A DNA stretch of 64,000 bases from Octopus sinensis. Taxonomy: Eukaryota. The stretch covers positions 27,032,001 to 27,096,000 of the forward strand of contig NC_043021.1 of the NCBI RefSeq assembly GCF_006345805.1, read 5' to 3'. The number at the start of each line of letters is the position of its first letter. Position 1 is the stretch's first letter. A model generated the notes under the pieces. The model saw only the letters and a program-made list of their open reading frames with translations. It searched no databases and was not told where the DNA came from. Positions 1 through 14,981 of the stretch are shown piece by piece. The position numbers and the translations under genes are program-made.

Positions 1-436
1 CCCTCTAGAGATGTTTGTATGTCCAGTTAGAGGAACAGGTGTGTTTTGCAATAAAGTGTATATGTTTACATTTATATTTGAATATTCTGGGAGGAAGCAA
101 AGAAAAGTCAGATTTTCATAGAAAGTTTTAGGGTTTTGCAAGTCCACAAAAAGAAAAGCGTGATATTTTTAGAGAGAAGAAAAAAAAGGGTGCTTACAGA
201 GGCAGTTGTGGGTATTAAAGTTTTTAAGGCCGATCGGATGTATGTTTGAAAGCTGCAGATATGTAAATTTGTAAATTTCTTAACCCACTTTGAAGAGAAT
301 TTCAAATACTCACGAGGTATTGTAGATGTTCCAGTCTTTGAGAGTTATTTTTCCCCGTTGCTAAACTGGCCCATATTAGTGTTTCTATGGCTTTCAGCCA
401 CCGAACTGTCAGAGCACTGAGGAACACGTCCAGCCG

Positions 437-522
437 CTGTCAAGGCTGGCGCTCTTCTGTCAAGGCTGGCGCTCTTCTGTCAAGGCTGGCGCTCTTCTTA
501 TCAAGGCTGGCGCTCTTCTGTC

Positions 523-523
<1 letters not shown>
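437..523. repeat. 20-bp minisatellite (ctgtcaaggctggcgctctt) x ~4
   Basis: Four near-identical direct copies read directly, abutting a (TTA)n tract. Confidence 0.9.
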
Positions 524-987
<464 letters not shown>

Positions 988-2804
988 GTCATTTACTTTT
1001 AATCTGCATGTTTGATGCAATCACCTGCCGGGGCACACCCAGCGCCCTAGGGCAAGTGAAGGTTAAGAGTTGTTGAAATATAGCTGAAAGCTTGGGGAGG
1101 GGAAGTAGAGAAATATCTCCATGTAATACAAACACAAACATTTACATTGATAGGGTTTTTCTAAGGATGTGGGCAGTACTTGTTAGCACAATCTTTTGGA
1201 TTTCCTTGAGACATGGTTTTCCAGGGATATTGTCTAGGTGTTTCTGACATCCCTTTTTTATCATACCTAGGGCACCTACAATAACAGGAACAGTTTTTGT
1301 TTTAAGATTCCACATCCTCTGTATTTCGATTTCCAGGTCCTTATATTTACTAAGTTTGTCAAATTCCTTGACAGATACATTTTTATCAGTGGGGACGCTT
1401 ACTTCTATTAGTCTGCAGGTATTTTCTTCCCTGTCTTTAACAATTATGTCTGGTCGATTAGCCTTGATCGTTCTGTCAGTGTTGACTGGAAAATCCCAGA
1501 GGACGGTGACATCTTTACCTTCAACAACTGGCTGAGGGTGGTGTTCATACCAGTTAGCAGGAGTGTCGGATTTGTAGTGTTTACATATCTTCCAATGTAT
1601 ATACTGTCCTACCCTATCGTGGCGATTTTTGTATTCGTTTGGTGTCAGCACAGGACATCCCGAAACGAGATGGTCTATCGTTTCGTCAAATGTGTCGCAG
1701 AATCTGCATTTAGGGTCAGTACCGTTTCGGAGAACGTTAGCCTGGTAATTTCTGGTAAACAAGCTTTGATCTTGTGCTGCCATTATGAAACCTTCAGTCT
1801 CTGCTTTCAATCCAGAGCTCTTCAACCCCTGATGGGTTGTTGCTTGGTCTACATCAGCATTTTGGCTTCGGAGAATATATTGTCCATGCAGGGGCTTCTG
1901 GCTCCACCGCCTCTCAATTTGATTCTGCCCGTTCTTTTTTGCAGTCTGCTTGATTCGCTTTGCTTGCTTGGTAGCAGTGGTTTCCGGCTCTTCATCTGAT
2001 TCAAGGTTAATGTCTAGTTCCCTTTCGAACTTATAAGCTTCCTTCACAATAGAATGTAGCTTTTTGCTGCTTTCGTGTTCGCACACAAGTCGCAGCATCC
2101 AGTCCTTTGTACTAGATAGGTACCTGTTCATTCCTACAGTAGAGGTCTTATAGCACAGCTCTAATTGCATCATTCCTCTCCCCCCGCTGCTTCTAGGTAG
2201 GTACAAGCGGTCTACATCTGCCTTAGGGTGGTGCATGCTCTTGGATGTCAGTAACTTTCTTGTCTTCCTGTCCAAGCGTTGGAGTTCCGTAAGGTTCCAG
2301 TTAATGATGTTAAAACTGTACTGGACTACTGGAAGTGCCAGGGTGTTAATGGCCTCAATGCAATTTTTGGAGTTGAGTTCAGTCTTCAGTACAAGCCTTA
2401 TTCTCCTATAGTATTCCTTTCTTATTTTTTCCTTCATAGTAGCATGATGTATACCATCTCCTTCGTTGATTCCTAGGTATTTGTAACTTTCCTGTGGGTC
2501 AAGTTCCTTGATGGTAGTGTCAATATCTAATTTAACAGAAGCTGTTTGCCTGAGCTTGCCTCTTACAAAAGTTGCTTTAGCACACTTATCAAGGCCAAAA
2601 TCCATTCCAATATCATTGCTAAACTCTTTAACAGTTGTTAGCAGCCCTTCTAGCTCTTGGTCATTCCTGGCAAACAGCTTTAGGTCGTCCATATAGAAAA
2701 GGTGGTTTATTAACTTACTAAAAACTTTGTACCCATATCTGGTACTATCCAATTCGTTTGAGAGTGGGATCAGTGCCATGCAAAAAAGTAATGGGGAGAG
2801 GGAG
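988..2804 (-). mobile_element. 5'-truncated R4/Dong-like non-LTR retrotransposon (RT C-half, CCHC finger, REL endonuclease), frame uninterrupted
   Basis: Open frame 2804->1142 with SLSPLLFC, YMDDLKL, YKYLG, ETEGFIMAAQDQ, CRFC..ETIDHLVSGC, RHD, PDII..E..K.KY; (TAA)n on both sides, the known Dong target. Confidence 0.9.
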
Positions 2805-2879
2805 TTATTATTATTATTATTATTATTATTATCATTATTATTATTATTGTTATTATTATTATTATTATTATCATTATTA

Positions 2880-3610
<731 letters not shown>

Positions 3611-4014
3611 GTTGTTGTTGTTGTTGTTGTGGTGTTATAACTGGATTAATTATAAGGGAAATAAATTTGTAAATGAAAGCGAAGGGAAGTAACCAAAGAC
3701 AGGAAGTCTTTCTGGAAGGGAAATAACTTCTACCTCCATCTGTTTTAACACACGAATTTGTCTTAATGTTATCACCTATACTGTACAAATACGCAAGGAA
3801 CTGCCTTGTGACTGATGTCTACGAACGACTCTTTGCATTCTGCGTTCAAATCTTTCCTGTTAAAAGTATTATCTTAAAGATGATTTCGTCTATCACATAA
3901 ATATATGCATGTCCTGTATCGATTGGACAAATTAATAATTCGATCTAAAATACCTGGAATTAAGTGGCAGACTTAATTCATTATACAGTGTAACTTCTCC
4001 ACTCACCCACACCC

Positions 4015-4250
4015 GGAAGCTTGGGAAGGATCCTGAGAACATACTGCCAAAATAACACATTACCGATATTCTTAAGAGAGCCAGCACAAGACAACTTCGC
4101 GATATCTACACAGAACGAAGATTTAAACTAGTAAGTCATATACTCCAGCTACAAGAACAGCTTTCAAATGCATTCCATTGAAAGGAAAAAGAAGTAACAC
4201 CGAAATGAGTATAACGCAGAACATTCACAACCGACGCAAGGGAGGCCAAT
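4015..4250 (+). mobile_element. Degenerate RTE-like LINE C-terminal fragment
   Basis: Manual translation across a frameshift gives LGRILR..ILKRASTRQLRDIYTERRFKLVSHILQL, resembling the RTE LRRIL...RRLR..GHILR motif. Confidence 0.4.
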
Positions 4251-4253
4251 AAC

Positions 4254-4301
<48 letters not shown>

Positions 4302-4669
4302 GATGCAGAGAAAGCAAGCAACCAACTGAAACCCGTGGTGTTAGTCAAATTTCTGCCCAGTGTGTTCACAGGATCAACAGAAATGGATCTTTTGCAAGGA
4401 TTTGTGTTCGGTTTCCGCTTTATGACACCTTCTTCCTTTCCTTGCATTAGACAACGAGGTCGTTTGAAGGGTCAAGGGCATTGTTTTCTCTGCTGACTAA
4501 AACGATAATATACATATTACACACATGTACACAAGCACACATATATATGCATGCATATACATTTACATACAGTCACACACACACATACACACACACACAC
4601 ATATATACATATAAACACGCACACACACATATACGCGCGCGCGCACACACACACACATTTATGATGTAA

Positions 4670-4950
4670 TGGCGCATGGCTCAGTGGTTAGAGCGTCGAG
4701 CTAACGATCATGAGTTTGCGAGTGCGATCACAGGACCGGGCTGCGTGTTGTGTTCTTGAGCAAGGCACTTTATTTCACGTTGCTCCAGCTCACTCAACTG
4801 TAGAAATGAGTTGCGACATCATTGGTACCCAGTTGTATCAGCCTTCGCCTTTCCTTTTCGGTGGAGTGGCGTGGAGAAGGGAGGCTGGTATGCATGGGCG
4901 ACTGTTGGTCTTCCATAAAATCAACCCTAGGTTGTGCGTTCGCCGGTGAG
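4670..4950 (+). mobile_element. tRNA-headed SINE (family C)
   Basis: ggcgcatggctcagtggttagagcg A-box head; related copy at ~42545-42770. Confidence 0.7.
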
Positions 4951-5041
4951 GTGAGTTTCCGCTCAGACTGGTATCCCAGAAAGGAACCTTTTAGGTGCAC
5001 CCATAGTCCTTTGAGACCGACGGAGAGGTTTTATATATATA

Positions 5042-5093
<52 letters not shown>

Positions 5094-5359
5094 ACATACA
5101 TTTATTTATGTATGTATGTATGTATGTATGTATGTATGACACTCATTGTATATAATATATTCCACTAGTGAGTGAGCCGAGCCTGTGTGGTCACTCACCT
5201 TGCTAGTAATATCAACCAAACCTCATTCAAATTATTGCACAACCTAATGTCTTGAGAAGAGATGATTGCGTTGGATAATGAAGACTTGGGCGAATTAGAG
5301 ACTTGATGGTTATGTTTTCATAGTCTGGACTTCTCTTGGCTAAACAACAACAGCAGCAG

Positions 5360-5528
5360 CACCACCACCACCACCACCACCACCACCACCACCACCGCTA
5401 CTACCATAACCACCACCACCACCACCACCACCACCGCTACTACCATAACCACCACCACCACCACCACCACACCACCACCACCACCGCTACTACCATAACC
5501 ACCACCACCACCACCACCACCACCAGCC
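5360..5528. repeat. (CAC)n microsatellite
   Basis: Direct reading. Confidence 0.9.
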
Positions 5529-5713
5529 ACATAGACAGAATATTTGCTCTAGCCCATCTTTTATATCATGACAAAACAATGTACTTGATAACATTACCAA
5601 TCAGTTAAGATGAGAAGCAATGAGAGCCACTCACTGGTACTGCATTGGGGCATATTATTATTATTATTGTGTTGTTATTATTATTATTAAAATTATTATT
5701 ATTAAAATTATTG

Positions 5714-5787
<74 letters not shown>

Positions 5788-5881
5788 GGTCACCGGGAGC
5801 AAAAGAACATGTATATCGAGGCATTACTCTGTGTTTGTGTGTATATATATATATATGTAAGTTTGGAATAATATTCCCTCA

Positions 5882-5978
<97 letters not shown>

Positions 5979-6389
5979 TATATATCTTCAACACGGTTTC
6001 CGTTCATTAAATTCATTCACCTGGCATTCGTCCATCCTGGGGCTGCGGTAAAAGAAATTTTCCCTAAGGTATTGCACAGTTGGAGTGAACTTGAAACTAC
6101 GTGGCACCAAAGCGATCGTCTTAACCATAAAACCGTATGGATACAAAATTTGATGGTCAACAGCAACAACATTTATATACGATTTACAAGCTTGCTCTTT
6201 ATTACCTAAGGCGGGAGTATTGTTTACAGTTGTATTTGTTTGTTTGTGGACAAGATATCTCAAGAACTGCTGGATGGATTAGATAAATCTTTCGGGATGT
6301 TTGACACGAACTGGTTAGATTTTGGGATCGATCCTATACAGGACAAGAATTCTGGATTATTTGTTATATTTACTTTATATGCTTTCAAA

Positions 6390-6810
<421 letters not shown>

Positions 6811-6939
6811 TGATTATAAGTTATGAATTACATTAGCATAAAAAGAAGAAAATTAGAAGAAATACGAAGGAATGATAAGGAAGAAATACAAAAAAAAAAA
6901 ACCCCTCAAAAAACAAAAATATATTGTTTCGAACAAAGA

Positions 6940-7735
6940 GACATAAGGCCTTAAATTCTGGAGTTAGGGTTAGGTTCCAGTACGTTAGTGGTATCATATC
7001 TTATTGAATACGGAAGGATGAAAGGTAAAGTTGACCTCGACTTGATTTAATTTCAAAAAATAGAAAGAGCAAGAATTTCGGGGAAGCGGCTAAGTCGATT
7101 CCATCGATCCTCAGTGTTCAACTGGTACTTATCATATTGACCCTCGAAAGATGAAAGGCAATGTCGATCTCGGCAGCATTTGAACTCAAAACGTGATGAG
7201 GGATGAAAAGCTGCTATGCATTTTGCCCAACATCCTAACGATTCTGTCATTTCACCGCCTTAATGAGAATAAATATTAGTTTCAAATTTTGGTACAAGGC
7301 CAGCAATTTTAAGGGAGAGGAAATTTGATGTAATCGACTTCCAATTTTCAACTGGTATTTATTTTATGAATGAAAAGCAAAGCCGGCGAAATTTGAACTT
7401 CGAACGTAAAGACGGACAAAATGCCAGCGTGCTAACGACTCTGCCAGCCTTAAACAGGATAAATATAATAAACCATTTCGTCCCACACTCCACCGATTCT
7501 GTTTATTTACTATCCTTAAAATAAATGTTTTTAATTTTGGCACGAGGTCAGCAATTTTGAGGGGAGAATGAAGTCAGTTACATCGACGCCAACGTTTAAC
7601 TGTTTCTTATTTCATTGACGATGACAGGCAAAGTTAACCACGACGAGATTTGAGTTAAGAATGCAATGAATCAGAAGAAATACCACTAAGCATTTTGTCC
7701 GACGCGCTAATTATTCTGCTAGCTCACCGCCTTTA
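6940..7735 (-). mobile_element. Tandem cluster of ~4 degenerate SINE family B units
   Basis: Recurring gaaaggcaaagtcgacc...atttgaactc...gctaacgattctgc motif, reverse complement of 58917-59310. Confidence 0.7.
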
Positions 7736-8462
7736 AAATAACTACCTTTCAAAAAACGGAAACTACCTTTAAAATAACGTAAAATCAAGTAACTTTCATC
7801 AAGAAACACAGAGTTTTAGTTTTATGGGTTTTAAACTGGTTCTTAGCTTTACCCTGCATTTGCTATTTAAAAAAAAGTTTTCTTTGAAGAATCTGTATGC
7901 TTATTTTTGAATATTTTTTGTTTTATCGTATTGCTTTTATTTTTCCCAATCTTTTTTTGTTCGCGTTAAAATTGCTCTAACATTTTTATTTCTCAAACAA
8001 TTGAAAAAAAACTATGATTTTTTCTGGTGTGAGTATTCTGGGCATTGTTTAATGTTTATCCTAGCTATCAGTTCAACTGGATTTCCAAAGCATAAAATAC
8101 ATTGTTTTACATTTTTAAAGTTTCATTAAAAACAAAATAGGTTTTATTTCCCTTTTTTCTCCAGCTTTTATCCTGAAAGAGAATTTAAAATATGTTTCAA
8201 GTTTCCTTTCAACTGTTTTTCTTCTCCCTTTTTTCGTGCTCCCTTCCAGTATGTCACTGATTTTTCAGTTAAATTCTATTTATTTAATTTTTTGTTTTAA
8301 AGATTTTTCAGTTTCTTTTTGTCTAATTTATGCTTAAACAAATCTTCCAATTTGATTGAATTTCAGAGACTTATTTTACGGCTTCTTTTTTCTATTTTTC
8401 ATGACCCTTTTTTTAATCTTAAGTTGCGTTTTCTTTTTCATTATTTTTTTTTTTTTTTTTAT

Positions 8463-8864
8463 CTTTTACTTGTTTCAGTCATTTGACTGCGGTCATGCTG
8501 GAGCACCGCCTTTAGTCGAGCAAATCGACCCCGGGACTTATTCTTTGTAAGCCCAGTACTTATTCTATCGGTCTCTTTTGCCGAACCGCTAAGTGACGGG
8601 GACGTAAACACACCAGCATCGGTTGTCAAGCAATGCTAGGGGGACAAACACACAAACACACACACATACACACACACACACATATATATATACATATATA
8701 CGACAGGCTTCTTTCAGTTTCCGTCTACCAAATCCACTCACAAGGCATTGGTCGGCCCGGGGCTATAGCAGAAGACACCTGCCCAAGATGCCACGCAGTG
8801 GGACTGAACCCGGAGCCATGTGGTTGGTTAGCAAGCTACTTACCACACAGCCACTCCTGCGCCT
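8463..8864 (-). mobile_element. Full-length tRNA-headed SINE family A
   Basis: Reverse complement of 56481-56905 along its length. Confidence 0.9.
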
Positions 8865-9344
8865 ATTTACTGAATTTTTCTTCATTTTCATTGAAGCTTC
8901 TAAGTTTTTTTTTCCTTATCTTAAAAAAAGAAATATTGAAAGCTGTTTAAAATGGGTTAAACCTTGTTTAGTATCTAGAATTTCAATTTGAGATCAAATA
9001 AATGTGTGGCATGGAAAATAAATATTAATCACTTTAGATCTACAGAATGGCAAGAATTAAAATTTATTGCGGTTAACTTACGTTGTTGTTGCGATTTTTA
9101 TTGTGGTTATGTGTCCCCAGATCAGGCTTTGATTAAAGCATTTCGGATCTTACGACCCCCAACTCTCTACCATCTAAAATTGCATTCTACAACGTATCTT
9201 TCCTATTTAAAGACGGTTGGAGTTTTAGGTGCTATTCCTAGCAGACAGAAGAACCATATAAAGACTGACAACATATGCTTGTTTATTGAGGTAATAAGGT
9301 GTTCTCTAACCGGTGCGTTATTAAATTTAATATTCTAACCATTT

Positions 9345-10450
9345 TAAGGCGGCAGATCACCTCTTGAATGGCAACCTACAGATTAAATTAAAACATTGGC
9401 ACAAACAACACCATCAACAGCACTGCAGACAGTGCTCGCAGAGTGTGCCCCCGCATGACCACCCCAGGCAGGACCACTTCATCCACCTGCAACACCTCTG
9501 TGATCGCTTCAGACCGGCCAGTGTGGACAGCAACTCATCAGCGACGACACGGTACAACGTCGACTGGCCGTCAACAACCTGCGTTGCCGTAGTCCTGCTC
9601 GAGGGCCTGTCCTCACCCCCTGCCACCGTCAAGCACGACTGCAGTGGGTTACAGAGCACCGACATTGGCGGCATCAACAATGGAGGTCGATAATCTTCTC
9701 TGACGAGAGCCGGTGCTTCGTTTCCACCTCGGATGGTAGAGTGAGGGTGTGGCGTAGGAGGAGGTGAACGCTACAGAGACGCATGTGTCATAGAGAGAGA
9801 CGAGTGAGGTGGTCAAAGCACCATGGTTTGGGGTGCTATAGGCCTGAATCAGAGAATCGGGCCCCATGTGTTCCAAAATGTTGGTGCAGGCAGAGGGAAT
9901 GGCATCACAGCGCAGCGCTACGTTGACCATATCCTAAGACCACATGTTCCAGCAGGACAGTGCTCCATCCGAAACGGCCAGAGTCACCATGGACTTCCTG
10001 CGTCAGCACAGCATCAGGGCCATGCCATGACCGGCTCTCAGCCCGGATTTGAACCCAATTGAACATCTGTAGGTGGAAATCCAGAGACGGCTGAGCCAGG
10101 TGGTCCCAAGGCCGACAACTCGTGTGGAACTGGAGGCAGCTTTCCTCGGGTTGTGTGGACAGGTGCCAATGGCTTTTATGAACCGCTCATGCTCTCCATG
10201 TACCGACGGTGTATGACCGTTTTGAACACCCAGGGAGGGCATACACGGTATCGAACACGTCACGCCTTACAATCTCGATGTGCTACATCCGCCCGCTACC
10301 AGAACACATGAGAACAACCCATAGACTGTGGTCAAAGTGCATCCAAGAAATTGACTTTATCAGATTTATCAAAATTTATCTCTCACATAATGAAATTAAA
10401 ACGTATTTCATAGTAACACACGCCTCGTGTTTCTTTTGCAGTTCAGTGTA
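9345..10450 (+). mobile_element. Tc1-like DNA transposon relic (frameshifted transposase plus right end)
   Basis: Translations across frameshifts: QDHFIHLQHLCDRF, IFSDESR, DGRVRVWRR, MVWGAIG, ITAQRYVDHILRPHV, LSPDLNPIEHL; ends ...ttcagtgTA, typical of a Tc1 TIR plus TA. Confidence 0.85.
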
Positions 10451-10570
10451 TTTAGGTCAGAAAATTTAATTTTCCTCGCGAAAAAATGCCATATGGTATC
10501 ATGCATACAACAGTAAGTGAAAAAAAACAAACAAAACAAAAATACTTTTAAATATTACTGTTTTCTGCTT

Positions 10571-10755
10571 AAGGTGGCGAACTGACAGCATCCTTAACAC
10601 GCCAGGCAAAAATGCTCTTTAGGTTCTGAGTTCAAATTCCGCCGAGGTCGATTTTGCCTTTCAACATTTCGGGGTCGATAAAATAAGAAGTAGTTGAGCA
10701 TTGAGTTCGAAGTACCCACCGATATTGTTGGTTTTATGCCAAAATTTGAAACCGA
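10571..10755 (+). mobile_element. SINE family B fragment
   Basis: ttctgagttcaaattccgccgaggtcga...ggggtcgataaa shared with 58917-59310. Confidence 0.7.
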
Positions 10756-12309
10756 TATTACTATATCCTTCCGATTTTATTTGGTATAATATTGTTTCAG
10801 CTAGATGTAGCTGATATTTCTCGCAGGTCGAATGACTGTGTAGACGCCTCATAGAAGTTCGTTGGTTATTTTCAGTTAGTTTCAAGCATTTGCAGATATT
10901 TGAGTTTATTTTCCATAAAGTTCATCGTTTCTCTGAATTCTTTACAGTTTTTAGGATTACACAGCCATTCTTTCCTTATTTGAAAAAAAATTCTTTTTAC
11001 CTTATTCCATTCTTTAAAAAATTTCATGTATAGATTACAGTTCCGGAAATTCGGCACTGCTGGGACCGGAATAGTACCAGATTATGAAATATGCAGATGC
11101 ACTGGAAGTCAGTAATAAAAAATTAAAATCAATGAGATAAATGTTTGAAGAAAAAAGAATAAAACCTTCGTGCTATGCAGATGAGTGGTTAGACAAACAA
11201 TGTAACCCGATATCAATAAATAAAAATAACAAGATGATACTGTATTATTTTACATAAGTTGCTCACTACTTTTATTATATTTTGGGAAAGATTCACCTTA
11301 TTAAATGTAAGTAAGAAACTAGTTTAAAAGTTCGGAGACAAGTGTTGTTAATGGCAGGCCATTCTGGTGCAAACAAGTAACTCTAATTTACAGAAGCTTC
11401 AATATCTGCCGATTTCTTTTGTCTGGAGAAATTAAGTTAGAAATACCATGTTGAATTTTGAGGTTCCTAAGCCATCTAACCGCAAAGACACAAATCTATG
11501 TGATACCACTATATTCCTGTAATTGCTTGGCGTTTTTAATAACCATTGACCTTAAAATTCGCCTACTCTCTGATCACTTTGCATTAAATCACTTAACACT
11601 AATTCTGAAAATATTGTCATTCTTTTATATATCTTTGCCACGCATCAATACATTTTAACATGTCTTTGAATCAGACATAAATTGTATCAACTTGTCATTT
11701 TGTTTTTTAATATCAGAAATTGTTAAAAAAAAACTCTTCTTTATAATCGCGTGCAACATTGTTTCGGTTTTCGCCTCTTTTCAAATACTGTATCATTTTC
11801 AATTTCCGTGAACAATATGAACGTTAGCTGTATTCTTTTCACATCTTCAGTTTGGCTACATTTATTAAAATTTTCTCTATTCACCGTGCTTTCCTCTTTT
11901 ATCAGGTTGTCAATATATATATTTAATTAAGTTTCAAGATTTTGTTTTAATTCAGTTGGCTTTAGTATTTCTCTCTAAAATTGGATGATTTTTTTCACTA
12001 ATGGAAGGGCGATATATAAGTAGAGGAGAGCTATAAAACTCTTTGATTCTGGTCCTTGTTCTTTCTTTTTAACTTGGATGGAGACAGTTGAGAAGTAATG
12101 TGGGCGACTTTTGACTGCACTTGAATAATCGGGGAAGTACAAATAAATATATAAATATTTATATAAATAAAAATGAAATACAATATGTGCAGGCACGTGA
12201 CTTCTGGTGCAGTTCGATTGCGCGGCACTCGGGTCGACCAATGCATTCGTTGCGAATTTGGTAGAAAAAAACTGTATGGAAGTTTGTCGCATTTATATAT
12301 ATATATAAA

Positions 12310-12627
12310 TATATATTTCGTTTTTGGATTTGGTTTGCAAGATTCTTTATGTGAGTTCGTGTGTTGAAGCATATTCTGTTGTATCATTCTCTTGTTGCCT
12401 TATAATTTAACACACTCACCAGTAAAATTTCCACTTATTTGTTATTTTTATTTTCCTAAAATTTTCGTTGCGCCTCACAACCTTTTCAAGAGTCAAGACT
12501 ATTGAAAAGGTTGCAACATAACGAAAATTTTAGGAAAATAAAAAATAAGAAATAAGAAGAAATTTTACTGGTGAGTGTGTTAAATCATAAGGCACAGAAA
12601 GAAAATGACTCTCCTCAGACACAACAG
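12310..12627. mobile_element. Fold-back (palindromic) MITE-like element; empty relative of the LIS1-carrying arms
   Basis: 12376-12494 pairs with 12497-12627 around a 2-nt loop; the core matches aaaattttcgttgcg..accttttcaatagtc of 40890-41019. Confidence 0.8.
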
Positions 12628-13411
12628 TACACACACACAAACACACACACACACACACACATACACACATACACACACACACACACATATATATATATAT
12701 GCATGTGTGTGTCTTTGACTTTGTCCCTTAGTCACTGACAATCGGTATTAGTTTTTAACATCTCCGTAAATTAGTGGTTCGGCAAAAGAGATCGATCAAT
12801 TAAGTACCAGACATAAATATAAGCTTGACTAAACCTTTCAATGTAATGCCTCCGGGTGGCCGCAATCCAATGACTATAACAAGTAAAATGATGAATCGAG
12901 TCTTTAGGATCACCGGATTAATGGGACTTGATCTTTTTTTATTTTTTGCAATTTTGTCTTTTATATTTTATTGTAATCTTTGGTCACACAGATAAAGATT
13001 TCTCAGGGAATTCTGTAGAATTCCTTTTATTTTTCTATGGGGCTGAACTATAGTGATGTTGGATATAAATTTCCTATGATCTCAATTACTGACTGGTTCA
13101 CAAGATAAAAATGGAGTGTTTCGAATTCGGCACGGAACTAAACTCGCATGTAACTTCATTCAAAGGGCTGCATATGTTTATATCATTTTATCTTTTACGA
13201 TTTTCTTCTCTGTGTTTATATCCTTTGCTATCATGTAGTTCAGAAGGATAAATGCATGCACGCAGACACATGCACACACACGCACACTACATATATGCAC
13301 ACATACACACTCATGTGCATACATTTACACACCAACACACGCAGGCACACCCAGACACAAATACATAGACACACTGACACACACACGCGCGCGCACACAC
13401 ACATATGTGTT

Positions 13412-13690
13412 AAAATCGACAAAAGTGTAAAGTGACTTGCCATTGAGAGTGGATCATCCATCGTTTCGGGTAATGTTAGAAAACTGGCTGCAACAGCTGT
13501 GGCCATTTTTTTCTATCTAGAGAATGTAAAACTCTTATGTTGCACCTTAATTTATCCCCTCTCAACTGTTTTCTTGAAGAAGGACCCTATCCGAAACGTT
13601 GAACTTTTTCACTCTCCACAGCAAGTTCACTGCACTGACTTTGTCGATTTTGCTTAATAATACAAATCTGACAGAACAACTCAAGTCAGT
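13412..13690 (+). mobile_element. Penelope-like terminal relic with diverged inverted repeat and degenerate hammerhead
   Basis: 13412-13472 is a diverged reverse complement of 13588-13651; ttgaagaAGGAcccTATCCgaaacgtt motif. Confidence 0.55.
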
Positions 13691-13899
13691 TTGATTGCAC
13701 ACACGCACACATATCCACGCACACAGACAGACAGACAGACAGACACACACACACACACACACAACACACACACACACACACATTCATACTTTGTCCGAAG
13801 ATTAGAGATCCGAACCATTGAAGTGAAATATCAACATCGAAAACGTAGTACTTAGCCTTCGTTTTCGAGAATTCATTGCTTTTCAACTATCACTCCCCC

Positions 13900-13935
<36 letters not shown>

Positions 13936-13937
13936 AT

Positions 13938-13979
<42 letters not shown>

Positions 13980-14496
13980 CGCACACACATAAACGCGCGA
14001 GTTGGTCTTCCGTATAGTTTCGTCAAGCAATTTCGTCTACCAACGTGTTGCTCGAAAAATTATGGCTTTATGAAAATTAAAAAAAAAAAAAATGCCCAAC
14101 ACTTTTCTAATTTCAAGGTGCTGCGCAGAAGGATCGAACCCAGAAACACGTGGGTGCAAGCCAAACCTCTTAAACTATCAGCGATACATTGAATGAAGTT
14201 ATTAATTTCGTTTTTTACAATCTCATTCAACATATTCCGCTTCCTTTAGCAAACTTCGCAGTTCACTTCAGTATTTCAGTATATTTTAAGTCAGATTTTC
14301 TCCCTTTAATGTGACTTATTCTTTTCGTTAAAATCATACCAGCAAGTCCATTTACGATATTTGAGATCAACGTCACCATCATCATCATCACCACCACCAC
14401 CGCCGTCGCCGCCGCCGCCACCACCACCGCCGCCACCACCACCACCACTACCACCATTATTATCATTATTATTATTATTAATATTACTATTATTAC

Positions 14497-14920
14497 CACG
14501 CCGGGCAAAATGCTTAGCGGCATTTCGTCTGTTTTTATGTTCTGAGTTCAGATTCCCCCGAGGTCGACTTTGACTTTCATCCTTTCGGGTCCATAAAATT
14601 ATATCGATTAAATACTGGGGTCGCTGTAATCGATTTAACCTCTCCCCAACAAAATACTGACCTTGTGCCAAAATTTGAAATTGATATTACTATTATCATT
14701 AAGGCAGCAAATTGGCAGAATCGTTAACGCGACGGGCAAAATGCTTAGCAACATTTCGTCCTTTTTAAAATTCTGCGTTCGAATTCCGCCGAGGTCGACG
14801 TTGTCTTTCATCCTTTCTGGCCGAAAAAATAAGTTAACTGATCAATGAGATCAATGAGATAGATGTAATCGACTTACGCCCTCCCACCAACTTGCTGGCC
14901 TTTTGCCAAAATTTGAAACC
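14497..14920 (+). mobile_element. Two tandem SINE family B units
   Basis: gggcaaaatgcttagc..catttcgtc..gaggtcgac..ctttcatcctttc occurs twice. Confidence 0.75.

Positions 14921-14980
<60 letters not shown>

Positions 14981-14981
<1 letters not shown>

Noticed and set aside
1-430. Possible decayed LINE C-terminus on the minus strand
   Set aside because: Only a weak Cys/His pattern broken by frameshifts and cut by the window edge.
4670-4745. tRNA genes at SINE heads (also 21591, 42545, 56481)
   Set aside because: A/B-box-like motifs continue into SINE bodies and do not form complete cloverleaves.
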